From NCBI GenBank assembly GCA_903884815.1, contig CAISGE010000015.1:22958-86957 (forward strand): a DNA stretch of 64,000 nt, given 5' to 3'. This stretch comes from Candidatus Omnitrophota bacterium (GTDB lineage Bacteria > Omnitrophota > Omnitrophia > Omnitrophales > Aquincolibacteriaceae). A program made the position numbers and the translations under genes. The notes beneath the pieces were generated by a model. That model ran no database searches. It was not told the DNA's origin and worked only from the letters and a program-made list of their open reading frames with translations. Of this stretch, positions 39,335 through 47,542 are shown one piece after another. Position 1 is the first letter of the stretch. Each line of letters starts with the position of its first letter.

Positions 39335-39859
39335 ATGGAGAGACAGCCGCTGACAACCCAGAAAATAGCCGCCTCGATTTATCTGATCCGGGGATGCAAA
39401 GTTATGTTGGATTCCGACCTGGCGGTCCTCTACGGTGTAGAGACGAAATATCTTAAAAGGCAGGTGAAGCGGAATCTGGAGAGATTTCCTCCAGATTTTT
39501 TGTATCGCTTGACTAAAAAAGAAGTGGCGGCTCTAAGGTGCCAAATTGGCACCTTAGACAGTCCTGGGCGTGGTCAATACAGCAAGTATCTTCCTTATGC
39601 CTTCACGGAGCATGGGATTCTGATGCTCTCCAGCGTCTTGAGTAGCCAGAAGGCCATTCAGGTCAATATCGCGATCATGAGGGTGTTCGCGCGGATCCGG
39701 CAGGTGCTGATTGAAAATAAAGATCTGGCACTACACATGGAAAGGCTGGAGCGCCATGTCGAGCGGCACGGAAAAGATATCCGCTCTCTGTTTGATTTTG
39801 TGGAACGCATCCTCGCGATCGACGAGAAGCCCAAGGGGCCCATTGGTTTTCACCCTTAG
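39335..39859 (+). CDS. ORF6N/KilA-N domain DNA-binding protein
   Basis: IRGCKVMLDSDLAVLYGV, KRNLERFP, PYAFTEHGILMLSSVL, IGF terminus. Confidence 0.88.
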   Translation: MERQPLTTQKIAASIYLIRGCKVMLDSDLAVLYGVETKYLKRQVKRNLERFPPDFLYRLTKKEVAALRCQIGTLDSPGRGQYSKYLPYAFTEHGILMLSSVLSSQKAIQVNIAIMRVFARIRQVLIENKDLALHMERLERHVERHGKDIRSLFDFVERILAIDEKPKGPIGFHP

Positions 39860-39874
39860 CTGCAGGGAATCCAA

Positions 39875-40720
39875 ATGGCAAACCTGTTGAGGACCGCACT
39901 GCTTCTGACGATTCTGATCGTTCTTGTGGTGGTCATAGGCTACGCTTTAGGTGGAAACAGTGGGATCCTTGTGGGCCTTGGTCTGGCGTGTCTGATGAAT
40001 CTGAGCCTCTTCTGCGCGAGCGGCAGGATCGTGTTGGCGATGCACCGGGCGCTGCCCTTGACGGAGGATGAGGCACCGGAGGTTTTTGAGATCGTCAAAC
40101 AGCTTTCTGCGAAGGCGGGTATTCTGGGACCGCGCCTTTTTCTGTTGCCGTCCGCTTCCGCGAATGTTTTTGCGACAGGGCGCGATGCCAAGCATTCTGT
40201 CATCGCGGTGACGCACGGACTTGTGGGCCTCCTCAACAGGGAAGAATTGTCCGGTGTTCTGGGACATGAACTGTCCCATATTCTGAACCGGGACAGCCTG
40301 CTGGCTTCCGTTGTGGCGACTCTGGCCGGCGCGCTTAGTCTGATCGCCTCGATGTTTCGGGGTTCTTTTTCCTGGGGTGGGGAGAGGGACGAGAGAGACC
40401 ATGATAACCCGTTGCCGCTTCTTTTCTTCGCAGTTGTCATGCCTTTCGTCGCGATCTTGATCCGGCTTGCGATCTCGCGTGCGCGAGAATACCAAGCCGA
40501 CGAGTGCGGAGCGCGGCTCTGCGGAAATCCGCTTTATCTTGCGAGTGCGCTGAGAAAAATGGAAGCCTTCTCTTCTCGATTTCCTTTGCGCGATGTTTCG
40601 CCCGCCACGGCGCATCTTTTTATTCTGACTCCGCTTCCCCGTAAACGATGGGCCTCTCTTTTCAATACGCATCCTCCCTTGGAAGAGCGCATGGCCCGCC
40701 TTGAGGGACTGTCACTTTAA
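39875..40720 (+). CDS. htpX: Zinc metalloprotease HtpX (M48)
   Basis: NVFATG, GHELSH, SRAREYQAD, THPPLEER. Confidence 0.92.
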   Translation: MANLLRTALLLTILIVLVVVIGYALGGNSGILVGLGLACLMNLSLFCASGRIVLAMHRALPLTEDEAPEVFEIVKQLSAKAGILGPRLFLLPSASANVFATGRDAKHSVIAVTHGLVGLLNREELSGVLGHELSHILNRDSLLASVVATLAGALSLIASMFRGSFSWGGERDERDHDNPLPLLFFAVVMPFVAILIRLAISRAREYQADECGARLCGNPLYLASALRKMEAFSSRFPLRDVSPATAHLFILTPLPRKRWASLFNTHPPLEERMARLEGLSL

Positions 40721-40851
40721 AATCTTCGGGGGTCACGTCTATACTTGACAGAAATAAAAGACCGTGGAGAATACCCGCTTCTCAGATCTCGTTTTTGGCG
40801 TCAAATGCACTCCTGTTCTTTTATGTTCCATTTTCTCAGAGGGAAAAATAA

Positions 40852-41397
40852 ATGATACCCACCAACAAGTTTTTGAAGCTTACGGGAATTTTGCTCCTTT
40901 TGGGGGGTGTGGTTCTGGCCAGCGGTTGCGGGCAGGTTGCTTCCGAGAAGGCCCTGGAGGATGGAGCGGTTCTTGAGAAAAATGGAAAGCTTGCCGCGGC
41001 CATGGCCGAATACAACCGAGCGGCCGAGTTGAGTCCCGACAACACGAACGCTTATTATTACCGGGCGATGCTCTATCAAAAGCAAGGGAATCTGGATGCC
41101 GCGCTCGCGGATTATAACAAGATCATTGAGCTTAAGCCCGATTACAGTGATCCTTATTACGGTCGCGGCACTATCTACGACAGTAAGGGACAAAGAGACA
41201 AGGCCATTGCTGAGTACACCAAGGCTCTGGAGAATAATGTCAATAACACCCTGGCTTATTTCAAGCGCGCGAAGGCCTATGAGGCTAAGGGGGAGTACCG
41301 GAAGGCGCTCGAGGACGCTCAAAAAGCCAAGGTGCTTGGAGCTGCTGTAAAGGACGACTTCCTAAGACAACTCGAAGCGGGTGCGGCAGGACGGTGA
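40852..41397 (+). CDS. TPR-repeat lipoprotein
   Basis: Lipobox LASGC; tandem AYYYRA...ALADY TPR repeats. Confidence 0.85.
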   Translation: MIPTNKFLKLTGILLLLGGVVLASGCGQVASEKALEDGAVLEKNGKLAAAMAEYNRAAELSPDNTNAYYYRAMLYQKQGNLDAALADYNKIIELKPDYSDPYYGRGTIYDSKGQRDKAIAEYTKALENNVNNTLAYFKRAKAYEAKGEYRKALEDAQKAKVLGAAVKDDFLRQLEAGAAGR

Positions 41398-41533
41398 GCT
41401 AGGGTCCCACCTCATTGTAGAGCGCCCGAGTCTCTCAAGGGGGATGAAGGGCGCTGGGGAAGGGGAAACAGCCAACGTGGAACGCCGGGCGGGAAACAAA
41501 TTATTTATCGTCACCCGTTCTCCGATATCAGTT

Positions 41534-42007
41534 TTAAATCGTGCAGCCTTTTGTGGACATGTTAGGATCGCTGTCGGGCTCAACGGCTTTGAATACTTCA
41601 AAGCAAATCCAGATCCCGGAGCCGTTGGCATCCACGTAAGCTAGCCAATTGGTAGCGGTCTCGTCGTACGCTTGGACTGAGAGGTAGCTATGAAAACCAT
41701 AGTACACATATTTCCACGCTTTTGATTTCTCAATACCCGTAAGCCCCAGATCCGCCCAATCGCCCAGAGGAGTCCCCCAAGGGTCCGACTGAATATAAGT
41801 TCCGCTGGGAGCGTCATAACTTCCGTGAAAGTCGTAGTATCTTTCCGCGGCGCGCTTGATGGCGCCGATCATCTGGATAGCCTCGGCGGCTTTTGCTTTT
41901 TCGGTCTGCATGAGCATGCGCGGGACGATAAGCGAGGCGAGGATGGCGATAATAACGACCACGATCAGAACCTCAACGAGGGTGAAGCCCTTTTTTTGAT
42001 TTTTCAC
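41534..42007 (-). CDS. Type IV pilin-like protein P6 (GCTI subfamily)
   Basis: GTG start after AAGGAGAGG; KKG|FTLVEVLIVVVIIAILASLIVP; C-terminal WIC...KGCTI. Confidence 0.9.
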   Translation of the reverse strand: MKNQKKGFTLVEVLIVVVIIAILASLIVPRMLMQTEKAKAAEAIQMIGAIKRAAERYYDFHGSYDAPSGTYIQSDPWGTPLGDWADLGLTGIEKSKAWKYVYYGFHSYLSVQAYDETATNWLAYVDANGSGIWICFEVFKAVEPDSDPNMSTKGCTI

Positions 42008-42027
42008 AGTTCCTCTCCTTATTCGGG

Positions 42028-42101
42028 ATGATACAGTAACACCTGATATTGCTTCGTCATTCACTTGAAAAAACTATAGCATATATTCGGAGAGTTGGGG
42101 G
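42028..42101 (-). promoter_or_regulatory. Shared pilin promoter/leader motif, copy 6
   Basis: CCCCCaactctccgaatatatgcTATAGT-N14-GACGA; ATGACG-N21-TATCAT. Confidence 0.72.
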
Positions 42102-42198
42102 TGGCAGCGAAGCGGGAGCTGAAAGCATTGACGGTAAGGGGGGGAGCGGTTAAAATACGGCCGCTTTTAAAACCATCACCCATTAAGGAGAAATAAAA

Positions 42199-42510
42199 AT
42201 GGCTTATGTTATTACAGAGAAATGCCACGGCGAACGTTACGGTCTTTGCGCCGGGGTTTGCCCCGTCGAAGCGATCTTCCCGGGGACTTATCAGGGGAAA
42301 GATTTCATGGTGATCGATCCGGCGCTTTGTATTTCCTGCGGCGCGTGCGCGGCGGAATGTCCCGTGGGCTCGATCGTTGAGTCTGAAGATATGGATGCGG
42401 CCTACGCCAAGATCAACGCCGAACTTGCTGACAAGTTCCGGTCCAATCCCAAGGTGACGCCTCGCTCGAAGGATGAGGCCCCCAAGAAAGCCGGAAATAC
42501 GCTGAAATAA
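42199..42510 (+). CDS. Ferredoxin (dicluster, 7Fe-type spacing)
   Basis: C-x7-C-x3-CP and CISCGACAAECP; AAGGAG RBS; upstream TTGACG...TAAAAT promoter. Confidence 0.9.
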   Translation: MAYVITEKCHGERYGLCAGVCPVEAIFPGTYQGKDFMVIDPALCISCGACAAECPVGSIVESEDMDAAYAKINAELADKFRSNPKVTPRSKDEAPKKAGNTLK

Positions 42511-42533
42511 AAAAATACGTTGGAGTATTCCTT

Positions 42534-42566
42534 GCTTGCCTCCCCCGGGACCCGGGGGAGGCAAGC
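42534..42566 (+). terminator. Perfect 16-bp palindrome after the ferredoxin gene
   Basis: gcttgcctcccccggg-a-cccgggggaggcaagc followed by ttgtcttt. Confidence 0.6.
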
Positions 42567-42609
42567 TTGTCTTTGAAGGTTCATCACCGTTATCGATAAG
42601 GAACTCGAG

Positions 42610-43197
42610 ATGTCCTCCGCTTCCGGCTGCAAAGATCCCACCATCCTGGAACAGGCTCTCAAGGAATATGCCGCAGATCTTGCCGCCGAGAACTCCGCCA
42701 TCCGGGTCGTGATGCGAGGCTTGTCTTTGGTCGGAATCGGCATTCGCCCTGTCTTGGACCACCTGATCTTCCGCACTGTTCACCTCAAGGAAAGAGCGCG
42801 TGAATTTATGGAGTTGGGGTATGAGAGGGATCTTACGGCCAAAGTTCTTGAGCATCGGGGACACGGCGTCGAGGTCCTTCGGCGAGGATGCGCGCCGGCG
42901 ATCCTGGTTGAACATCCCCGTGAAAAGGCTGGATTAGATTGGGTGTCCCATTTCGGGGATAAAACCCCCTATGTGATGGCCATTCGGGTGGACGATATCG
43001 AAGATGCGGCGTTCCATCTAGAGAAGCAGGCGGTGGCTTTTTTAAGGCCTCCGGCCGGGAAACACGGGGACATTCTTCGTGAGATCGCCACAGTTCCCAA
43101 TATGAAGGACGCCCGTCCCGCAAGTTATCTTGTTTTGGTCGAACGGCACGCCGGCGATTCGCGTTTTTACGCGCCGGATTTTTGGATCAACGCTTAA
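42610..43197 (+). CDS. VOC/glyoxalase-like fold protein
   Basis: VLDHLIFRT, MAIRVDDIEDA segments. Confidence 0.5.
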   Translation: MSSASGCKDPTILEQALKEYAADLAAENSAIRVVMRGLSLVGIGIRPVLDHLIFRTVHLKERAREFMELGYERDLTAKVLEHRGHGVEVLRRGCAPAILVEHPREKAGLDWVSHFGDKTPYVMAIRVDDIEDAAFHLEKQAVAFLRPPAGKHGDILREIATVPNMKDARPASYLVLVERHAGDSRFYAPDFWINA

Positions 43198-43215
43198 GGT
43201 TTCAAGGGGTACATC

Positions 43216-44217
43216 ATGATCATCGGACTGACAGGGAAGAATGGATCCGGAAAAGGGGAGGTCGCGGCTTTTCTGAAAGATCGCGGTTTTCACTATTACT
43301 CGCTCTCCGACGCGATACGAGATGAGGCCAAGAAACGCGGGCTGGAGATCACGCGCGATGTGCTCATCGCTCTGGGCAACGAGCTCCGTGAAAAAGAAGG
43401 ACCGGGCTCCCTGGCCGAGCGCATCTTCGCGAAATTGGATCCTGAAAAACACTATGTGATCGATTCCATCCGCCATCCTTCCGAGATCCAGGCTTTTCGT
43501 CGCCGTAATGATTTCACGCTCTTTCGCGTCTATGCTCCCGAAAGGTTGCGCTTTGAGCGTCTCAAGCAGCGCGGCCGCGAGAACGACCCCAAGGTGTGGG
43601 AAGATTTTCTGGCGCTTGAGGCCAAGGAAGCCAAAAGCGAAAGTAAAACCGACCAGCAACTCGATCAGGCGATCGCGCTCGCCGACATTCAGATCGATAA
43701 CAACGGTCCTCTGAAAGATATCCATGAGAAAGTAAAGAAGATCCTCCTGGAGCTTTCCCAAAAGGCGCCGCGGCCGGGTTGGGACGAATATTTCATGAAT
43801 ATCGCGAAGGTCGTGGCGATGCGCTCCAATTGCATGAAGCGGCGTATTGCGGCGGTGATCGTGAAGGACAAGCGCATCATCTCGACCGGCTACAACGGAA
43901 CGCCCCGCGGGATCAAGAACTGCAGCGACGGCGGCTGTCCGCGCTGCAACGCGATCGACGCGTCCGGCAAGGATCTCGGAGAATGCCTTTGCTCGCATGG
44001 GGAGGAGAACGCGATCGTGCAGGCGGCCTATCACGGTGTGAGTCTCAAGGGCGCCACGCTTTATACGACTTTTTCACCCTGTCTCATGTGCACCAAGATG
44101 ATCATCAATGCCGGGATTGCCGAATTGGTTTACCAGGGGAATTACCCCTTCCTGGAGCTTTCTCTCAAACTGCTTGAGCAGGCCAGTGTGACGGTCCGCA
44201 AGATCCCTTCCTCCTGA
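43216..44217 (+). CDS. P-loop nucleotide kinase-like + dCMP deaminase fusion
   Basis: GLTGKNGSGKG, DSIRHPSE; RPGWDEYFM, TGYNGTP, HGEENA, PCLMC. Confidence 0.88.
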   Translation: MIIGLTGKNGSGKGEVAAFLKDRGFHYYSLSDAIRDEAKKRGLEITRDVLIALGNELREKEGPGSLAERIFAKLDPEKHYVIDSIRHPSEIQAFRRRNDFTLFRVYAPERLRFERLKQRGRENDPKVWEDFLALEAKEAKSESKTDQQLDQAIALADIQIDNNGPLKDIHEKVKKILLELSQKAPRPGWDEYFMNIAKVVAMRSNCMKRRIAAVIVKDKRIISTGYNGTPRGIKNCSDGGCPRCNAIDASGKDLGECLCSHGEENAIVQAAYHGVSLKGATLYTTFSPCLMCTKMIINAGIAELVYQGNYPFLELSLKLLEQASVTVRKIPSS

Positions 44218-44228
44218 CAGGAACCCCC

Positions 44229-45395
44229 ATGACCCTTCCCGAAAAGATCGTTCGCGCAAGTTTCGGGCTCAAGGGCATCGTTCAGCACCAACTCGATCAG
44301 AGCTATCACAGCCCTCTCATCGACAAGATCCGCGCTGAAGGATTTTCGATGAAGATGGGCCGCCTTGAGATCCATCTCGCGAAGGAATTCGGATTTTGTT
44401 ACGGCGTGGAACGCGCGGTGCAGTATGCCTACGAAACGCGGGCGCGTTTTCCTGATCGCCGTATCTTTCTCACCAATGAGATCATCCACAACCCCCGTGT
44501 GAACGCAGAGCTTCAGGGAATGGGCGTCCAGATCCTAAAGGATGACGCCTCCCATGCCGGGATCACGGAAAAGGATGTGGTGATCATGCCGGCCTTTGGC
44601 GTTACGGTCGAGGCGCTGCGGGAATTCCAGAAAAAGAACTGCGTCATCGTGGACACCACCTGCGGGTCGGTGATGAGCGTCTGGCGCCGGGTGGAGGCCT
44701 ACAGCGGTGACGGTTTCACCTCTGTCATTCACGGGAAATACGATCACGAGGAGACGCGGGCGACTTGTTCGCGGGCGGCGAAATATGTGGTGGTGAAGGA
44801 TAAAGCGCAGGCGGAGTTAGTTTGCCAAACGATCAAGGGGCTCGTCGCTCGGGGCTCATTCCTTGAAAGCTTCAAAGATGCCTGCTCGCCGGATTTTGAT
44901 CCGGACAAGGATCTCGGAAAGATCGGTTTCGCGAATCAGACGACGATGCTTTCGCGCGAATCGATCGAGATCTCGGATCTTCTTCGCGCCGCGCTCCGGG
45001 CCCGCTACGGCGAGACCGGGCTTGAGTCTCGTTTTCGCCATTTTGATACGATCTGCTCGGCAACGCAGGACCGGCAGGACGCCATTCGCGAACTCGGCGA
45101 GAAGCATATGGATGTGATCCTTGTGATCGGCGGTTACCGGTCGAGCAATACCGGGCATCTGGTCGAGCTTGCCTCCGAGTTCTGCCCTGCCTTTCATGTT
45201 GAAGACGCATCCTCGCTCATTTCAAGTGACAAGATCCGGCACAAGAAGACGGGGGCGCAGGATATTCTCGAGACCGTGAGTTGGCTTCAGAAAAAGGGGA
45301 TGGACCCACTCAGGGTCGGCGTCACCGCCGGGGCGTCCACGCCGAACCGGGTGGTTGAGGAAGTTATCCAGCGCCTGATCGACATTGCGAACTGA
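44229..45395 (+). CDS. ispH: 4-hydroxy-3-methylbut-2-enyl diphosphate reductase
   Basis: GFCYGVERA, EIIHNP, DTTC, NQTT, TICSATQDRQ, SSNT, TAGASTP. Confidence 0.96.
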   Translation: MTLPEKIVRASFGLKGIVQHQLDQSYHSPLIDKIRAEGFSMKMGRLEIHLAKEFGFCYGVERAVQYAYETRARFPDRRIFLTNEIIHNPRVNAELQGMGVQILKDDASHAGITEKDVVIMPAFGVTVEALREFQKKNCVIVDTTCGSVMSVWRRVEAYSGDGFTSVIHGKYDHEETRATCSRAAKYVVVKDKAQAELVCQTIKGLVARGSFLESFKDACSPDFDPDKDLGKIGFANQTTMLSRESIEISDLLRAALRARYGETGLESRFRHFDTICSATQDRQDAIRELGEKHMDVILVIGGYRSSNTGHLVELASEFCPAFHVEDASSLISSDKIRHKKTGAQDILETVSWLQKKGMDPLRVGVTAGASTPNRVVEEVIQRLIDIAN

Positions 45396-45416
45396 ATAGA
45401 CCTCTCGGAGAACCCC

Positions 45417-45962
45417 ATGGCACTCATTGAACTTATGCAGAGAAGGCGGAGCGTTCGGAGATATTCGGCCCGGCCGGTATCGCGCGAAGATGTTCTGAAA
45501 TGCCTGGAAGCGGCGCGGCTTGCCCCGTCGGCGTGCAATTCCCAGCCGTGGCATTTTATCGTGATCGATGAACCGGCGCTTAAAGACCGTATCTCGGAAC
45601 GGATCTTTTCCGGTCTTTATTCGATGAATAAATTCGCTGGAGAAGCGCCGGTGCTCGTTGCGGTGGTCTCGGAAAAAGAGAATTTTCTTGCTTCGTTCGG
45701 AGGGCAGGTCCGGGACACGAGTTATTGCCTCGTGGATATCGGTATCGCCTGCGAGCATTTCATCCTGCAAGCTCAAGAGCTTGGAATCGGCAGCTGCTGG
45801 ATCGGCTGGTTTGATGAAGGGGCTTTAAAAAAGGAGCTCAAAATTCCCAAGAATAAAAAGATCGATATCGTAATCTCGCTGGGCTACCCCGCGGAGGATA
45901 AGATCGTGCCCAAACAGAGGCGATCCACAGAAGAGATGAGCTCTTTCAATAAGTATCGTTAG
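45417..45962 (+). CDS. Nitroreductase family protein
   Basis: RRSVR, APSACNSQPW, GIGSCWIG. Confidence 0.9.
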   Translation: MALIELMQRRRSVRRYSARPVSREDVLKCLEAARLAPSACNSQPWHFIVIDEPALKDRISERIFSGLYSMNKFAGEAPVLVAVVSEKENFLASFGGQVRDTSYCLVDIGIACEHFILQAQELGIGSCWIGWFDEGALKKELKIPKNKKIDIVISLGYPAEDKIVPKQRRSTEEMSSFNKYR

Positions 45963-45985
45963 TCATTTTTAAAAAGGAGAAATTT

Positions 45986-46289
45986 GTGAAAAAAAAGATG
46001 ATTTATTTTTTCTTGGTTCTTTTCGTTTTGGTTTTGGTCGGGACGCCGGTGCTTTTTGCCAAAGGAGATGATTCCTTGATCTCCGAAGAGGGATCGGGAC
46101 CTACGCTTGACCCAGGCACCGGTGGTTGGATCTTCAAGCCCTGCGGGAGTGGTGGTCGATCAGGACGATACGGGGGAAGCAGATCCTTCGGCTTTTGAAG
46201 GCGATTCAGGAGCAACCCCTGGGGAACGGGCTCCGGAGGAGGTTCCGATGTCGGATTCGCCCGTCGATGCCGGAATGGCCGTTCGGTAG
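45986..46289 (+). pseudogene. Small acidic secreted protein, apparently frameshifted
   Basis: Signal peptide and acidic stretch in the frame from 45986; acidic composition continues only in the +1 frame (46107-46289). Confidence 0.45.
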
Positions 46290-46307
46290 AATTTAATTAC
46301 AAGGGAC

Positions 46308-46353
46308 AAAAAAAGGGGGACAGGCATTAAGTGACTGCTTGTCCCCTTTTTTT
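46308..46353. terminator. Terminator / GGGGACAGGCA repeat family, copy 3 (inverted)
   Basis: ggggacaggcattaagtgactgcttgtcccc; loop is the reverse complement of copy 2. Confidence 0.8.
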
Positions 46354-46925
46354 TAAGCGCGGCCGTCAACTTCTCCGGTTTCAGTGTTGACGCGCAGCAC
46401 TGTTCCGATGTCGGCATAAAGAGGTGCGTTGACTTCCATTCCGGTCTCGAGAGTTGCCTTTTTGGTCGAGCGGCCTGAGATCGAAGCTCCTTTGAGCGAA
46501 GGATCGGTTTCCGTGATGGCAAGCTCCACATAGACTGGAAGTTCCAGGGAAACGACGGTCCCGTTAAGTTTCAGCGCCAGCATTTCCTGATTTTCTTTCA
46601 GATAGAGCTTTTGTTCCCCGAGTTTCTCCGCCGTTAGCATGAACTCCTCGTAGGCGACGTTGTCCATGAAGTGATATTCATTCCCGGTGATGTATTGGAA
46701 TACGGCCGGGACTTTCTCCACGTCGGGCACATTGAATTTTTCGCTCGTCTTGAAGGTTTTGTCGAGCACTGCGCCATTCAGCAGATTCCGGACCTTGGCC
46801 TTGCACATGGTGGAGGCTCCCCGCGCCGAGGGTGTCGCGAAGGTGACATCGATGACGTAAAAAGGCTGTCCGTCGACTTCAATGTAAAGTTTCTTTTCCA
46901 GTTCGTTGGCCGAGATCTGCGCCAT
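46353..46925 (-). CDS. efpL: Elongation factor P-like protein (EfpL/YeiP type)
   Basis: EF-P fold (ATLETG, RVNTETG) with tip loop TPSARGAST instead of KPGKG. Confidence 0.78.
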   Translation of the reverse strand: MAQISANELEKKLYIEVDGQPFYVIDVTFATPSARGASTMCKAKVRNLLNGAVLDKTFKTSEKFNVPDVEKVPAVFQYITGNEYHFMDNVAYEEFMLTAEKLGEQKLYLKENQEMLALKLNGTVVSLELPVYVELAITETDPSLKGASISGRSTKKATLETGMEVNAPLYADIGTVLRVNTETGEVDGRA

Positions 46926-47542
46926 AACCTTCCTTTCCGGATAGGGGTGCCATGGTTTGAATGAAGTGTGCGGCATTCTATACGATAACTTCCCTCCGTG
47001 AAAGTCCTTCTCTTGTGCGTTAACGACCGCTGAAAGCTAGAAATCTCGTCGGATCTTTTGCGGGATCGCACGCGTAAAGCAATGTTGGGCGCCAGTTTTC
47101 GCGCGCAAAAGGCGAAAGATTTTTTTAGTGATTTTCGGGCGCGCTCATAATTTGTATAGGGAGAAAAGTTTCTTCAGCTTTTTAGTATCTCAGAGGGGCA
47201 TAAAAGTTCATGGATGGGTACATGTGTTCAAAGAAGTTGACGGAAAATATAAATGACAAAGATTGCTATATTTTTTCTGGCCTAAGGCTCTTGTAAATGC
47301 TTGATAAGAATGTTAGGCGTTTTAGTGGACGGCAGAACGAAATTAATAATGGAACAGAAAATTATGAAAAACAGAAAAACGCAGATCGAAGCAAGCAATG
47401 GAAGCTACAACCCGGAAATGTTTCCTTGCCGCTCAGGGGACGCCGCGAAAAAATATCTGACGAACTCATCTCTTAGCTGGAGCCCCGCAAACGCATCCGC
47501 CGTTTCGGGGCAATTCAAATTCTCAAAGGGGGCTCGAAAAAA

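Noticed and set aside
10410-42007. Neisseria-type silent pilS cassettes or a shufflon
   Set aside because: Every copy has its own promoter, RBS and N-terminus; all lie on the same strand; no recombinase or inverted crossover sites are seen.
47400-47540. Riboswitch in the leader of the giant protein gene
   Set aside because: Some hairpin potential, but no recognisable aptamer consensus.
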